Positions 25,270-39,359 of a DNA stretch of 64,000 nt are shown here, one piece after another (within the stretch, counting starts at the first letter, position 1; every line of letters begins with the position of its first letter). The notes below the pieces were generated by a model, which was given only the letters and a program-made list of their open reading frames with translations, had not been told where the DNA came from and searched no databases. This stretch comes from Vicugna vicugna (lineage: Eukaryota). A program made the translations under genes and the position numbers. The stretch lies in assembly GCA_013265495.1 (NCBI GenBank), contig MU057560.1, positions 1,562,753 through 1,626,752 of the forward strand. The letters run 5' to 3'.

Positions 25270-25810
25270 TGTTATCCATTTGCATTGCTGCAAAATACCT
25301 TCCTACACACGTAGGGACACAAAGTGGCCCAGCAGCCTGGCCTGGTGTGGCACGTGCCGTCTCAGAGCCTCACAAGGCTGAAATCAAGAAGTCAGCTGGG
25401 CTCTGCTCCCTTGTGGATGCTCTGAAGGAGCAATCCACTTCCCAGCTCACTCAGAGCCTTGGCCACATTCAGTTCCTTCTGGCTGAAGGACTGCAGTTCC
25501 TGGCTGCCACCAAAGGCCACTTCCTGCACCTCGGGACACTCATGTCCCTTGCTATATGCCCCCTCTCCCCATATTCAAACCAGCAAGAAAGAATTTCTCT
25601 TGTGTTAAATTCCTCTTACTTCGAAACTCTGACTCCCCGTTTCTGAACTTACACCTTGACTTAAGGGCTCATGAGACTGACTCAGGCTCTTTCTGAAGGT
25701 CGGTTGCACCATATACATGAGCTGATCACAGCAGTGGGCCCCCTCGTGTTTACAGTCACAGGGCTGGGTAGAATCTTGCACTAGCAGGCAAGAATTTGAG
25801 GGGACACATA
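25270..25810 (-). mobile_element. MaLR solo LTR (MLT1D/E-like)
   Basis: cctcacaaggctgaaatcaagaagtcagctgggctctgctcc...gagcaatccacttcccagctcactcag...cacattcagttccttctggctgaaggactg. Confidence 0.8.
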
Positions 25811-27129
25811 TTAAAATTATTCATTGTGTTTTTCAAATCTTCTACAGCTGTACAAATATTTTTGTCTGCCTGAAAGTTTAATAATTAAAAGCATATTTCA
25901 TGTGCTCTGTCATTACTGAGGGTTTATCAACCGTTCAACAATTCTGTTGCCTTTTATTTATTTATTTTGAGACAGTTTTAAGGTGCACAAACATTTTACG
26001 TTCTGTAACCATTTAGCAATCCAGCCACACCATACCCATATTTCCAGTTTCCAAGACTGTCACTTAACAAACATTTTTAACCCAGTTAAGTCTATTATTA
26101 TCGAAAGCGTATCCTCTAAGCCTGTAGTATTACTTATTTTTCTTTTAAGTGCACATAATCTGATTTTAATGTATCCATGCAGGTTTTTTTTAATTGGATA
26201 GTGTTCAACTGGTATGTGTTCAGCTTGATTCACAGAGAAGTTTATCTTATCTTTAATTTGGGCTCCATCTTCCATCTTTGTGCTTATTTTTGGTCTTTTA
26301 GTATTTCATCTCTAATTTCCATGTTTTTCAAACAGAAAGGTGTTCTGAAGTCTGAACTTACCATAGACTGTTGACCTGAACTTGAACATCACTGTAAAGA
26401 GAATCCACTTCCACTGGATTCTTAACAGCTACATATTCTTGCTAATTTCTCTCACATGTAAGTGCATCACACCTCATACTGTGCCTAATGAAATGAATGT
26501 ATGAGAGTGGCCAGCTTTACCTCTTTTCTGTCTTTCTCTGTTTTTCTGTCTTGCTTTACTTCTATTCTAAGCATATTGATAACATGTCAGATTTATTTCT
26601 GTATTCCAGAGGTTTATTCAATAATAGTGATAAATTCTTTGATTTTGCCTACATATTCATTTTTAAAGTTCAGAGGTTTTTGTGGGTATGTGTCTATATG
26701 TACATCTATAGAAGTGTGCATATATTAGCATATATTAGAATTATATTTTAACAGATATTAACATATTCTATAGGTACTCTCTCTCATGCACACACATATT
26801 TCTTAATTATTTTCCCCAATGTATGATTGTGTGCACCCCAACTTGAGCACTGCATCTTAGGCGATGCGGGCCTGGTTCCCCTCCCAGAACAACGTTGTCT
26901 AGTGTGTGTCAATAAACTATTTCAATCATATACTTCAAATCTTTGGTTCCCTTCCTTCCTTCCTTCCATTTTTCTTCAACCTAAAATCTATTGGGCATCT
27001 TCTGTTTTTCAGGCTTTACCCTGAAGACAGACAAAATTTCACCTTTCTCTTGTTTCTGGGAGGCAAGCTGTGAGTAATGCCAAGCCTCCTTCCCAAAGAG
27101 GACCGAGGGAGGAGGACCCCTGTAGGCAC

Positions 27130-27500
27130 CACGTCACACCGCGCTGTGAAGCCGGCTGGCGCGCTGCTCACCGCAGTGCAGGGGCAGGGCTCTCCCGCGG
27201 GGCACCGGCGCCGCGGGGGCCCGCACGGCCGCGCAGAGCGGGGCAGGGGCCCCCCAGGCCCGCGCCAGCCCGCGCATGTGCCCGGAAGCCCGGCCCCGCC
27301 TGCGGACGGGGTGGGCCGGGCAGCTAGAGCGCGGGTGGGCGGACGTCGCTGCTGACCGTCAGCAGTAAACGCTTCAGGCTCGGGAGTCAGCAGCGATGTC
27401 CGCTGCACCGGCTCAGCCCCGCCGCCCAGCGTGCGCGCAGACCCGCGGGTCCGCGGGTCCGCACTGTCGTCCCCTCTGCGGAGCTGGGGGGCCCTGAAGA
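27130..27500. other. CpG/GC peak 3; right half is a GC-shifted MIR (+ strand, ~27355-27495)
   Basis: ggctcgggagtcagcag (MIR ggctctggagtcagacag) and cccctctgcggagctgggg (MIR cctcatctgtaaaatgggg) in correct order and spacing. Confidence 0.8.
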
Positions 27501-28569
27501 ACCACTGGTGTGCAATCAGCAGTCCCGGGTGATAAAAGATGTTACCCCTGGATTTCTGTCTCCTCTCTTCCATTTTTAAATAATTTATTTATCTCATTCC
27601 AAACTGTTATACAAGTGAACGTAGACTCAGGCCTCCACTGATGAGTCACTTGATGCTGTAGCAAGGCGCCCGCAGGCATGTGAACACATCTGAGGACACT
27701 CAGGGTGGGTTTTCATTAGAAGGATAACATTCGAAGAAAATATGGGCCTGCTCCTACACTTACAAAATACCAGCGTTTTCTGTAATTGGAATAAAAATGA
27801 TGAAATACAAGGCGCTGCCTTCAAGGTGCAGCAGAGACTAGAAAAATGACAAATCCTGGCTTTATATTGTATTATACCTATTCCCAATTCTTTTCCTTTC
27901 CAGTTTTATTATGTTGATTTATATAAATGTATCAAATTTGGATAACCCTTAGAAATGCTAATCTAATCAGCCTTGATTCCTTTGATATGCAGAAGACCTT
28001 ATTAATCATAGCAAACTAATTGTGTTACTTTACCTATCTAACGCCTTCTGTGGAGTTTACAGTGTATCCTAGAATTAATTAACTCAGCTACTGTTCCAGC
28101 AATTTAGCCAGCTTCTTGTGCAGGTCATTATGCTTAACATTTTAATAGTTCACAGTAAATTATCCACCTCTTCAGTTTGCCAAACACATTTAATGAAATT
28201 GGAAAGTTGGAGTTTATAAAACTTTCTGCAGTTTTTCTCTTAACATTAGCAAACTAGAGGTTTTATTATAAATGGTACAAACTACAGAAAGTTAAAGCAC
28301 AAGTGTTCAAGAACAATATTCACCAAACATGCATTTAATTAAAGTGAGTGGGAAATAAGTATACCGTATGGTATTTTTTTAAGCATCAATTGAAAAATCT
28401 CAATATCTTCAAAACAAAGTGAATAAGATGATAAGCTATTGGGTTCTACTTAAATAAGGAAAACGACATTTACTTTCTAAATACTCTTTTTGTCTTTTAT
28501 GACAGCACTAAGTATAACCGAGCATGATAAATGGATTTGAGGAGACTTTGAGGGAAATCTTAAAAATCA

Positions 28570-28800
28570 GTAGTTAATCGTCATCACAGACTTACAACAG
28601 GCCAGCCAGCACGTTAAATACCCTTATCACATTTAACCCTCACAATATCCGACTATTATTGCCCATTTCAGAAAAGCAAATTTTGCATGCCAAGGTTCAA
28701 GCATTTTCCCAGAGTCACAGACCAATCTTTGGCAACATCAGAATTTTGAACGTGCATCTGTGTAGCACCAAGACACCAGGTCTAACCTCTACTGTAGGTT
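28570..28800 (-). mobile_element. MIR SINE
   Basis: atttaaccctcacaatatccgactattattgcccatttcagaaaagcaaa...cccagagtcacagac. Confidence 0.75.
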
Positions 28801-29849
28801 TTCACAGTAAGGAGAAAGCAGTGTGGGACTTCAGATCAAGGGTTGGGCTCAAGCTCAGGCCAGATGTTTGGCTGGAATTCCTGGTGCATATAAATGCATC
28901 AGAGGAATCTACATGCTTCAAACCTTTCATGGTTGCAAATAACCTCACCAAGTTATTTAGTTTGCCATTTATTTTGTTTATGGAATTCACTTATTGAAAC
29001 TGAATTTTGCTTTGTGATCTTAAAAATCAAGGAGGAGTTTTTCCGACCCACCATCTGCACTGAAACCATTGCCAAGATGCATTTTTGTAAAATCCTCTAG
29101 GGGAAGACCATCATTTTTGAGGCTGAAATGTAGGGAACAGGAAAAATTGCAAAGACCAAGATCAAAGGCAAGGAAGGGATCCCTCATTACCAGCTAAGAT
29201 GGATCTTTGGGGGGAAACCACACACTCTGACTACAGCTTTCAAAAGGAATCCGCTGTTCATCTTGTGCTGAGGCTTTGTGGAGACTCTTAGAAAAGGAAG
29301 AAGTCTTACACACTCCCAAGAAGAGTAAATGTAAGAGACAGAGGGCTAAGCCAGCTGCCCTGGAACTCTAGAAGGTGGAGGAGAATGGCAAGTCTAGTTG
29401 CTTTTGTTGGCAGTTCCCTTCAGATGATTGTGGTGCTGGAGGTTTTATGGCCAGCCACTTCGACAGGTGTCATTGTGGCAAGTGTTGTCTGCCCTACAGC
29501 TTCAAGAAACCAGAAGACAAGTAATTGGGCATAGCTTAATTTAAAAAATAAAATAGATTTAAAAAAATTAAGCCAAGAAGGAGATGATAAGGTCATGAAG
29601 ATCTGCCTTATATATATATATATTGTGATGGAGCCACTGGGTGAGCATCAAGCTGTCATCTTCAAGAGGAGCAATGAGAAATGAACCTAAGATCCAGGCC
29701 AGGAGCAAAGAGGCAAGTACATGGAGTCCCTGGTGAGCACACTGCCATGCGGTAACCCAAGGATGCCAGGGACTGCTCCTTGAAAATTGGTTTCTGATGG
29801 ATACTAGCATTCAAATCTTACTGAGAACAGGAATGAAGGAGAATGATTT

Positions 29850-32090
29850 AACATAGAATTAGGAAAGCAGAAAGAAATAACACATTCAATTCAAAATACA
29901 AAAGATTGATCAAAGAAAATGACAATAAAAAGCACAAAATGAGAGCACAGAAAAGATCCAAATATATTAGTAATTTCAATAAATATAAATGCATTAAATT
30001 TTCTAGCTGAAGTTTAAGAATTTAAAAACTCAATTTAAAAATAATATATCTAACTACTACTTTACAGGATAGAAGTATAAAATGTAAGGACAGGGAGATT
30101 CCCAAAGGAAAGAGAAACACATAGTGCTCAGTTCAACATGTCCCATCGTTTCCCTCCAGGTATTTCCTGAGTATTAACAGCCGACTGAGAAACGTAGAGA
30201 CAGTTGTTCTCACAACTAGGGTAGTTTCACAGGGGTGGAGAGACAAAAATTTAATATATAGTTACTAAGGCAGTCAAAGCATGAAGGAAAAGGTCCCCCA
30301 AAAAATGAAACAAAGAGAGCTGCATGTGAAATTATGCTCACTTTTCCCTTCAAGACATTTGTTAATCCCTCAACTATACTCAAGGCATTAAGAACCAAAG
30401 CAACTGGTATGTGTGTGGCACCAAAAGGCAAAGACACAAAACAGAACTTTTAGCTCTTTTATAGTAGTGGAGAGTCAGAAACTGGAACTGAGTGTCCCCC
30501 AAGGATCATGGACTGTGATAGACATTATGATCTTCCAGCTGAGGCCAGACCTAATAAAATCTGACATCCGACCTCTGATAATTTTGGTCCCTGATCAGAT
30601 AACTGGGATCTGCTTCTCTTTTGATTTTCTGCCAGAGACTAAGTGAACAAGCTTTGAAGAAAGATAATATTATAACAATGCCTAGCATTCAATCAAAACT
30701 CACCAGCACGCCAAGATGCAGGGCCACATAATCAGAAGGTGAAAACCAGCTAAACCAGCTAATCCAGATTCAGGAATCTGCAGATGTGACTTTAACTGAT
30801 TAGTGTGCTTGGAAAAATAGATTACAAGAAGTAGAAAGTATATAATTGAAAAACACATTAATTGCTTGGTTTGGAATTATTTTGGAAATCTACAAGTATT
30901 GACAATGATGAAAATAACCTGCTTTTTGACAAAATTTTATCCCTAGGTAAACACACCAGAGGAAAATATGAATACACATGCATATATACCAAAAGTCATG
31001 TCCAGCAATGCTTATTAAACAGTTATTTATCATAGCCATAAAGCTGAAAGCAAATCTAATATTTTATTAATGGTAGACTGGGTATAGACTCTGACTACAA
31101 AGTTAATGTGGTTAAATGTAGTTGGTTAAGTGATGGAATTCTGTGTTACAATGAAAATGACCACTGGTAAAACACACAGTAACATGGGCCAAGTCAACAC
31201 GATGACGAGAAAAAGAAGGCAGAGATGATAAAGCACGTGATGCCTGGGAACACTTGGTCAAATTTTAAAACTAACCTGTGAAAACAGAAATCACAGTAAT
31301 GCTTATTGTAATGAAAAATAACAAATGAAATGTGACAAAGAGGGACCTCAGGATCCTGGTCATGTTCTATTTCTATATCAAACTTGTGACTCATGGAGGA
31401 AAAAAATCATTGTTCTGGGGGTTTACATGCTGCATGATATTCTGTGTGTAAATTACATTTCAATAAAAAAATGTTAAATTACTATGTCATGCCATTTCTT
31501 ACCCATGAAATTGGTTTAAAAACATTAAACTGATAATGTACTGAGAGAATGTGAGAAAATTGGTAGGTATATTCATAACCTTCAGATGGATTTATAAATT
31601 GCTACCATCCCTTGGAGAGCAAAGCTGTCAATAGCTATAATTTACCCATTATGGGATAGATGCATACATTATAATATGTTCATATAAGCACATATTCTAC
31701 TACAGTTAAAATAAATACACCTCAGCAGCATGTATCAGTTTGGTGAATCAAAAACTTACAATGTGGAGTGAAAAAGCAAGCAGCACCAAGATAAATAAAT
31801 ATGGTGCCATCTGTATATAATTTTAAACTTTAAGCAATCAACATATTATTTACAAATGCACGTTTGTGAAACTGAAATATAGAAATGACTGTTAGAGACC
31901 TTCACTGTATTTCCATTTACTGTCTCAGGAAGGCAGGAGGTGGGATGGAGGTGGCTTTCATCTGCATCTGTCCCATCTTATTTCTTTAAACCATGGTCTG
32001 AAGTGATAGAACATGCATTGAAACAAGTGCCCGTTGCAATATCACTTTGTACCCTTATATGTTTACAATATTTTATAATTAAAATGTACA
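29850..32090 (+). mobile_element. Patchwork of ancient L1M (L1MB/MC/ME-like) fragments
   Basis: A-rich strand bias; catatataccaaaagtcatgtccagcaatgctta; ttatcatagccataaagctgaaagcaa; aaattacatttcaataaaaaa. Confidence 0.55.
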
Positions 32091-32169
32091 AGATGGCAGA
32101 TATAGAGTAATGTCTCAAACACCCTCATTTATTTATCTTCTAGTATTTAGTATGCCAATAGATGACCAC

Positions 32170-32340
32170 GAGCATTTGCTGCTTACCATATATTTGTATC
32201 AGGCACTGTAGTACTTTACACAGATAATCTTATTTGATTCTCTGTAAAACATCAAGGAATTTGGACTTTATGTCTCTCGGTACACAAATGAAGTAAAAAT
32301 TATCCAAAAACACTCAGTCCCATACATCTAGCATGTGGAT
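32170..32340 (-). mobile_element. MIR fragment
   Basis: tatcaggcactgtagtactttacacagataatcttatttgattctc. Confidence 0.55.
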
Positions 32341-32859
32341 GAGTAAGTCACACTTCAAAATGGCAAAGCAGGAGATGACCGAAGAGGAGGTGGCAAGGCA
32401 GAGGATCACCATGGCCAAACTGAGATCAGCTCTCCACGGTGGCTCAGCGTCCTTCCCGGCTCACTAAGGTCACGGGCATCCACGTGTCTCCTGGAAAAGG
32501 CTGCTTAAATTAACGGCACCAGCTTCTCGTCCGTGAACGAGCTCATGCGACTTTGCTTACCACCATCATGAGCATCCATTTCAGGCTTGGTTTTTGTTCT
32601 TCTCCTGCCCTCGAGGATGGCCACGTGCTTCCCTAGGCCAACCTGCATGGACTTTCAGGCTCAGAACAATTTAACTGCACATCCGCCCTGCTTCCTGGGA
32701 CTCTAGCTGCCAGAGACTCCAGCCGCAGCTCTTGGATCATCTATTGCTGACGACTTCAGGTTGAGTGGATTTGGGTTAAATGCTAGAAAAAGACTAGATA
32801 CAACTGGAAGAAAAGAACCTCAGAAACAAAGACCTTGGCTTTGGATCTTTTGCCAAAAC

Positions 32860-34050
32860 AAAGGAAGGACAGTGTGGCTGAAGAGGGAGGACTGAGACAA
32901 CGTCAGAGGAAGAGGGGGGCCATTTAGGATGTCACTGGCCACCAGAAGGACTTCGGATTTCATTTTACTCTTAGCACCGTATGAAGCCATTGGAAAAGCT
33001 TAAGTAAAAATTGAATATGATTTACTTGTTTAAAGAGTCCCTCCCACTACAGGGGTGAGCATGAATGCAGTAGGAGTATCCTGGAAGCAGATAAGGACGA
33101 AATCCACTTGAAAGTTGCAAAAGAGGCAGAATATATGGAAGGATGTGGTATGTATTTGAAAGAAAAGAAGAACTTAGTGATGGATCAGATGTAAACGGGG
33201 AGGAACAAGAGAAAAAATTTCAATGTGCCAAGAAAAAAAACCCACAATAACTGGCAAAGGAATTCGGATTTTTTCCCCTTGAGTTGGGACTGGATGCCTC
33301 CTGCTCTGAGACACATGGAGAGGAGTGGACACTAGAAAAGGACCAGAACCCTGAATGCAAGGAGAGACAAAGGGAACGGGGTTAGGTACGCGACCAGCAG
33401 GATCTGCTATGAAGTGTTTAAGAAATACGAGCTCCTATTATTCTTCAAGCTGCTATGCTGCTTTGGTAGCCCTGAAAAATCGAGAATTTAACAAAATTCT
33501 CTTTAAACTCCCATTGGAATTCCTATTCTTCAGAATAACAATTTTCATTTGGTGTCAGTCCATGGAAGAGAGGAATGCTCACATTCTCTTACAGAAGAGT
33601 CCTGAGTCTGATGCTGCGTTGTCATGTGTCCTCTGTCAGATCATCTACTGTCTCATTGGTAAAATGTATGGGTTCAATAGGCTCTAATTTTCTTCTAATT
33701 ATAACATATAACTAGAATATATTCTAATATCTTTCTACTTAAAAATATTCTGTGATTAAATGTCTGTTGAGTTAATGGAGTCAGTTAAAATGCATGATGC
33801 CAAGAATTTTGGACTGAGCAATGAGATGAATGGATGATGGTACAATTTACTGACAGGAAAGGCTGAGAGATGGACATGTACAGGGTGGGAACATAGAAGG
33901 CTCTGACCTGGATACTGTTTGAGGTTCCCAGTGGGCATCCCTAGGGGATTCCAAGTAGAGGTGGAGGGTGGACAATTACACAGGAGGATCTGGAGCTCAG
34001 GGAGATCTAGGTTAAAAATGCACATTTTAGAATTTTCAGCTTGTAGATAA
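32860..34050 (-). mobile_element. L2 fragments (32860-33250 and 33770-34050)
   Basis: cagtgtggctgaagagggag; aaggacttcggatttcattttac...gaagccattgga; gatgccaagaattttggactgagcaa; ggatctggagctcagggagatctagg. Confidence 0.65.
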
Positions 34051-35384
34051 TATAGTGAACCATTTGTGTATTCTTAAGTAAAATAATTGTATAAGGTTAT
34101 ATGCAAATATAAATCAGGAAAATTGTAGCAACTCAGTTTATTCACAGTGGGAAGGAGGAAAGAATAACAGAAATGTCTCCAAAAGTACAATAATCAAAAA
34201 CAATGGTATATCTATGCAGCGAAATCTTATGCAACCATTTAAAGCAATAGAAGCGTCTGTAATAAATAGAGGAGATGGTTATGTTACAGTATTAAGTAAA
34301 AAACATAGGTATACACAGTTCGAATTCAGTTATAAAATTGAAAAAAGTTTTTTAAAGACTAGAAAAAATAGTAACAAAATAAGTTATCTTTTCATGATGG
34401 AAACATGAGTGAATAAGACAAAAATTCTCTATATGCTTTTATTTTTCAAGGTATGTTATACTGATCATTTGTTAATTTTGTATCATCAAATGACTATAAA
34501 AAAAAAAAAGAAAAAGACAGCTTCTGGTTACCTGTTATAAACAGCTAGAGATGAGTTACTAACAGCCTGGCTTTGGCGACGGCTGAGGGAAAGCAGGAAG
34601 ACAAATTGAACACCTCCTGAGAAAAATTTAATAAACAGAAGACTGCAGATGGGTGGCATCGATTGTGTTTTATTGAAATGAGGTTTCCAGAGCCCAGCCG
34701 GCCGCCGTGTAGTCAGATGCATCTTCACTTCAGTGTTAATAAATATTTGACTTCTCCACCCTGAACGCTGCTCCGGCGTTCTGCCTGCATCATCGACCCC
34801 GCAGGCACACGGAGGCCCCTGACCTTTCCCATTGATTGCTTCTTGTGTCTCTCGGCCACACTGGCCCTGAAGCCATCCCCATTTCTTTTCCTTAAAAAAA
34901 TGTACTCAATTTAAATCAATAATGCACATGTGATCATTCTGAAAGACTCTCATGAAAAGATTCATTGATTAAAGGAATTTTAGAGACTCATTCTTTTCTG
35001 ATGTTTTGAAGGAAATTTAAACTAACATGTATAGAGGAAGAACGCAGTCTCCATGCAGGATGCAGCAAACATGGAAGGAAACAAAAGAGAGAACAAGTTG
35101 AATTGTCACATCTGAGAAACCATCTCTGTAGTCGAGCATGTTGTGAGCTCGGGGTAATAATCTCTTGCTCATGTGTGTTTTATGAGGATTTAATGAATTA
35201 TATGAAAAAATGTATCGTATGGTCTGTCTATAGATGTTCAGCTGGTGAAGGTTACTTCTCCTTCACCTCCATACTTTTCAGTTCCTTCTTCCTCACCCTT
35301 CTCCCCTCCTCTAGAAAGTTAAAAAACGAAGGAGATGCCAGAATTCTGATCTCACCTCCTCTATTTTAATTTTGCATCTTAGAT

Positions 35385-35750
35385 TTTCTATCCTTACAGT
35401 TGCCCAGGTCAGAAATTCAGAATCAACCTTCTCTCTTCATCTCACACTCTGCAGCCAACATATCAGCAGCTTCGTTAGCTCTGTCTTTAAGATCCATCCG
35501 TAATCCAATAATTCGTCATTGATCCCTGGCGCATCACCGCATCCTGGTCCCAGACACCAGTCATTCCTCCCTGTGTAATTGAAACGCCTCCCTGCGGGTC
35601 CCCTGCCTTCTGCCCTTGCTTCCCCCCAGTCATTTCTCAGTAAAGCAGCTAGAGTGATCTTCCTGAAACCCAAGTGACCTCACTTTAGTCCTCTTCTCAC
35701 AACCCTCCAGTGACTTACACGTCACATGAGTAAGAGCCAAAGCCACTCCC
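35385..35750 (+). mobile_element. L2 fragment
   Basis: cagttgcccaggtcagaaa; ctggtcccagacaccagtcattcctccctg; gcagctagagtgatcttcctgaaac; aaccctccagtgactt. Confidence 0.8.
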
Positions 35751-36431
35751 GCTGCCGGTGATGCTCCCTTTACTTCCACATTTATTTCACGTCTGGGCAG
35801 CATGTGAGCCGTTCCTCTTTCAACACGGAAGATGATGGGAAACAATGGGATCCGTTGAAGGAACAAGGGAGAAAACTAGGTGTCAACAGACAAGGCCAAG
35901 GTGGGGAGAGCTTTTCCCCTACTTGGGGTCTTCAGGAGGTCCTTCCCTTCCTCGGGGTGCTGGCACCACAGCCCCCGGGCCGCCTCGCGGCTCTGCAGTG
36001 TGGCCGGGGCCCTCACTTTCTGCTTCTCGGGAGACAAGCCAGATGGCCAAGAACATAGTGACTTCCACCAGCGTGTGGCAAAAAAACTTCAAAGACTTTC
36101 TCCCGGATACAAGACAGGTGACTCTAAACTGAAGGGAGACCCGGGGCGCCGGCACTGCCCCGTGGCCGGGGACTGTTACTCAGTGTTACAGAAACTGTGC
36201 GCGTGTGCGCGCTGTGTCCTGGCCGTGACCACAGCGCTCACTGACATGGGTGACGAAACGCTGGAGCCCCGAGGCCCGTGGGGCACAGAGCGCCCTCCAC
36301 GAAGCCCGCAGCCTCTGCACAATGAGCGGAGACGGCGCCGGTGCTGCGGGACACCCCCCCCACCACCACCACCACCGCACGCTTGTTGAGCATATTTCCG
36401 AAGAGCAGCATGGATTCAAAAGTTTACCTAC

Positions 36432-36558
36432 GGGGGGATGGGTATAGCTCGGAGGTAGAGGGTGTGCTAAGGAGGCACTAGGTCCTGGGTTCGATCCCCA
36501 GCACCCCCATTAACATAAATGAATAAATACATAATAACCTAATTACCTCTTCCCCCAA
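36432..36558 (+). mobile_element. Camelid tRNA-derived SINE (Vic-1 type) with 12-bp TSD
   Basis: gggtatagctc...gtagag...ggtcctgggttcgatccccagcacc...aacctaattacctc; TSD aaaagtttacct at 36418-36429 and 36559-36570. Confidence 0.9.
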
Positions 36559-36994
36559 AAAAGTTTACCTGTTAAGAAAAATAACTGGCCCACATTAGGC
36601 TGGGTTTGGCTTCCTACTTCATGAATTAAGTGACAAACAAGTTAGTGACAGATACAGAGTTTTGGACAACATGATTTGACTGCAGACCACTGTAACCCTA
36701 GAGAGGACTCAGAAAACAGGTCATTTTCCTACGAGCCTGTTCACTTGCACCCCAGCCAGCTAGTGCGTAAAGCACGGTGTGCAGACTCACAAAGGACTTA
36801 CGGGCATCGGAAAAACCTTTCAGAAAGAATGGGGCCAGTTATAAAGTATAATGCAAAGGCTGACGTACTCCAGAGGCTAAAAAGGTGTGAAAACAATGAA
36901 TTAGTTACGAAAGATGAGGACAAAAATTCCAGAGCACCCCCACCTCGGCCCATCGTTTTCCTTCAGGAAGTGGATGTATGAGCTAACTGAGCTT

Positions 36995-37170
36995 CAGCCA
37001 TACCTGAACATACATGTATCCGTTTTCATATTCTTTTCACCATAAGACCATAAGTTACTACAAGATATTGATTGAATAGAGTTCCCTGTACTGTACGTAT
37101 GAACTTGTTGTTTCTCTATTTTGTATATAGTAGTTAGTATCTGCAGATCTCAACCTCCCAATTTATCCCT
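36995..37170 (-). mobile_element. L1 3'UTR fragment
   Basis: agttccctgtactgtac...gtatctgcagatctcaacctcccaatttatccct, antisense of the element at 14615. Confidence 0.85.
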
Positions 37171-37339
37171 AAAAGATTTATAGCTTCCGAATTACCAGGA
37201 TAAAAAAATATATAGGTGGTAACACTTACAAAAGCTAACTTTCTTTCCGTAAGCCAAGTTATCACTATATTAGGCCCCAAATGGGAAAACAATGTCCACA
37301 AGGAAAAATCAACTTTACCTATAATTAAAATTATGTTTT

Positions 37340-37508
37340 CATTATTGTTGGCTTAGTTTTGTTTATTTATTTTTTATCCAAGTATAGTCGGTTTACAATG
37401 TTGTGTTAATTTCTGGTATACAGCATAGTGACTCAGTTTTATTTATATATATATATATGTATATACGCATATATATACATACATATGTATATACATATTC
37501 CTTTTCAT
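37340..37508 (-). mobile_element. L1 extreme 3' end with (TA)-rich expansion
   Basis: aagtatagtcggtttacaatgttgtgttaatttctggtatacagcatagtgactcagtt followed by a TA/CA tract. Confidence 0.85.
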
Positions 37509-39359
37509 ATTAAAATTAATTTAAATGAAATACTCTACAGGAAAGTCAGATTGGGGGGAAAATCAACTATGTTTAAAAAGTGGGCAAATGCAAAGGGACA
37601 TACTATGTGAATGTGACTGGTTTATGAAGCAGAAGCAGCAATATTATTGAAAAGCAAAGTAAGTTTTCGGGTAAAGCAGTAAATGATTAAAACAGAATCA
37701 TTTAAATGATGAAAGGTAAATTTAAAAAGAAACTCCTATGAACATTTATATTCTGTTCAATTTTATTTAGAAATACTTAAAGCAAAGTTCCTTTTTGGGG
37801 GGAAGCTCAAGGGCATGCCAGTGGAAGCTCAGCAGCAGTACCAGATACTGCCAAGCGCTTTCCATCCCGGAAAAATCAAAACGACAAAACAAATGGGATT
37901 TTAATCATTATAAAGATTGTTCACATTTGTGTATATTTGTATCTGAAGCCTAAAAGCAAAGAACACAATTTCCTTTCAAGCTGAGTGGAATACAGGAATG
38001 ATACTTTAAGAAGGAGTGTTTAAAATCTCATTCAGTTCATCTAGAACGAATCACCAGGACTTAGCTGCTATTCTATGGCCAGCAGGTTCAAAGGGCAGTG
38101 AGCAAACAGCCTCTCACATGGTAACAGTCCCATCATTAAAAATGTCTCTATTCTTTTTCATGAAGAAATTTTCCCTTTGTTTCTTCCTTTCCCAGATGAC
38201 AGCTGTTTGGAATTAGAAGGCTCACAAATCCTTTATGCAAAAGAATTTCAAGGTGCTTTCTACCCTGCCCACTGCCAAGGGCCCATGTAGGGGCCCAGCT
38301 GTGAATAAAGCGAGATTTGACTGTTGAACCTTTACTCCCCCTGGTCTCTCACAGTTGATTGAATAAGTATTTATTCTGCACTGACTGTGTACCAGGCCCT
38401 AGATTTGCCAGGGCATATCGGCGCGAGTAATAAAGATTTCATATCAATTAAGTTATCATGGAAATTTTGAAAAAGTTATGAAGAAAAAGAACCGAATGCC
38501 AACAGGGACCATCTGATCTTCAAAAACCACAGGCACCAGAGTGAAGCTGAGCAGCAGAGCATCCGAGATAGGGAATTTCCACGCCATCCTACCAAAGGGT
38601 TAGCCAGCGTCTAGGAGACGAGTTTCCCCCGTGTTCACCACTGAAATACCAAGGCCTGCTTTTCCAGACTGAGGTGAGGAACAAATGCAGCCACATGAGC
38701 TACCACCTGGCACATAGTGTTCGCTCTCTAAATGTTCGTAAGTTGATGGTGGACAAACACGCTCCCAGGCTTGGAAGCCAGACAGATGGGGTTCAGAACT
38801 TGCTTTATGATGATTTTACTTCTTTGTCTCTATTCTGTAAAATGGGGATAAAAATATTAATTTGAGCCATGTGAAACGAGACGTTTGACTGCTGTTTGAG
38901 TTACAACAAAACTGCACACAGTTCCACTGTCACCACCCGCGAGGAGCTAAGAGCAGTTGACGACAAAACCTGTGAAGACACAGCCTGGATTCTGGCACAG
39001 AGCCCGTGCCGAACGTTGACAGGTGTCCCTTCTTTTATATCCAAACATGTGAATTGTTTACATAAAAAATGGACATTCAGAAATCTGTGCTCTTTTTCCT
39101 TGCTCTCAAGCGCCGAGAGGCAGTCTGGAGGAAGCAGGACTCAGACTCGGAGTGAGCGTGAGTCGGGGAGGCTGGCTGAGCCCCAGGCGTGAGCCCAGCC
39201 GTCCGGTGCGTCCAGGATGCCCTGGCATCTCAGAAAGTCAGCTAAGGATTTGTCTCACGTCTGCCCTGGGAGGCAGGTCTGACTCAGGAAAACAGACAGA
39301 TGAGCTCTGGATTCTAGCAGTGTGTGGCTGACCTCCACCTTCAGCTCTGGGGCGGGAAG

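Noticed and set aside
36432..36510. tRNA gene (box A/box B-like motifs); same at 51488-51565
   Set aside because: Followed by the SINE body, A-rich tail and TSDs, so it is a tRNA-derived SINE rather than a tRNA.
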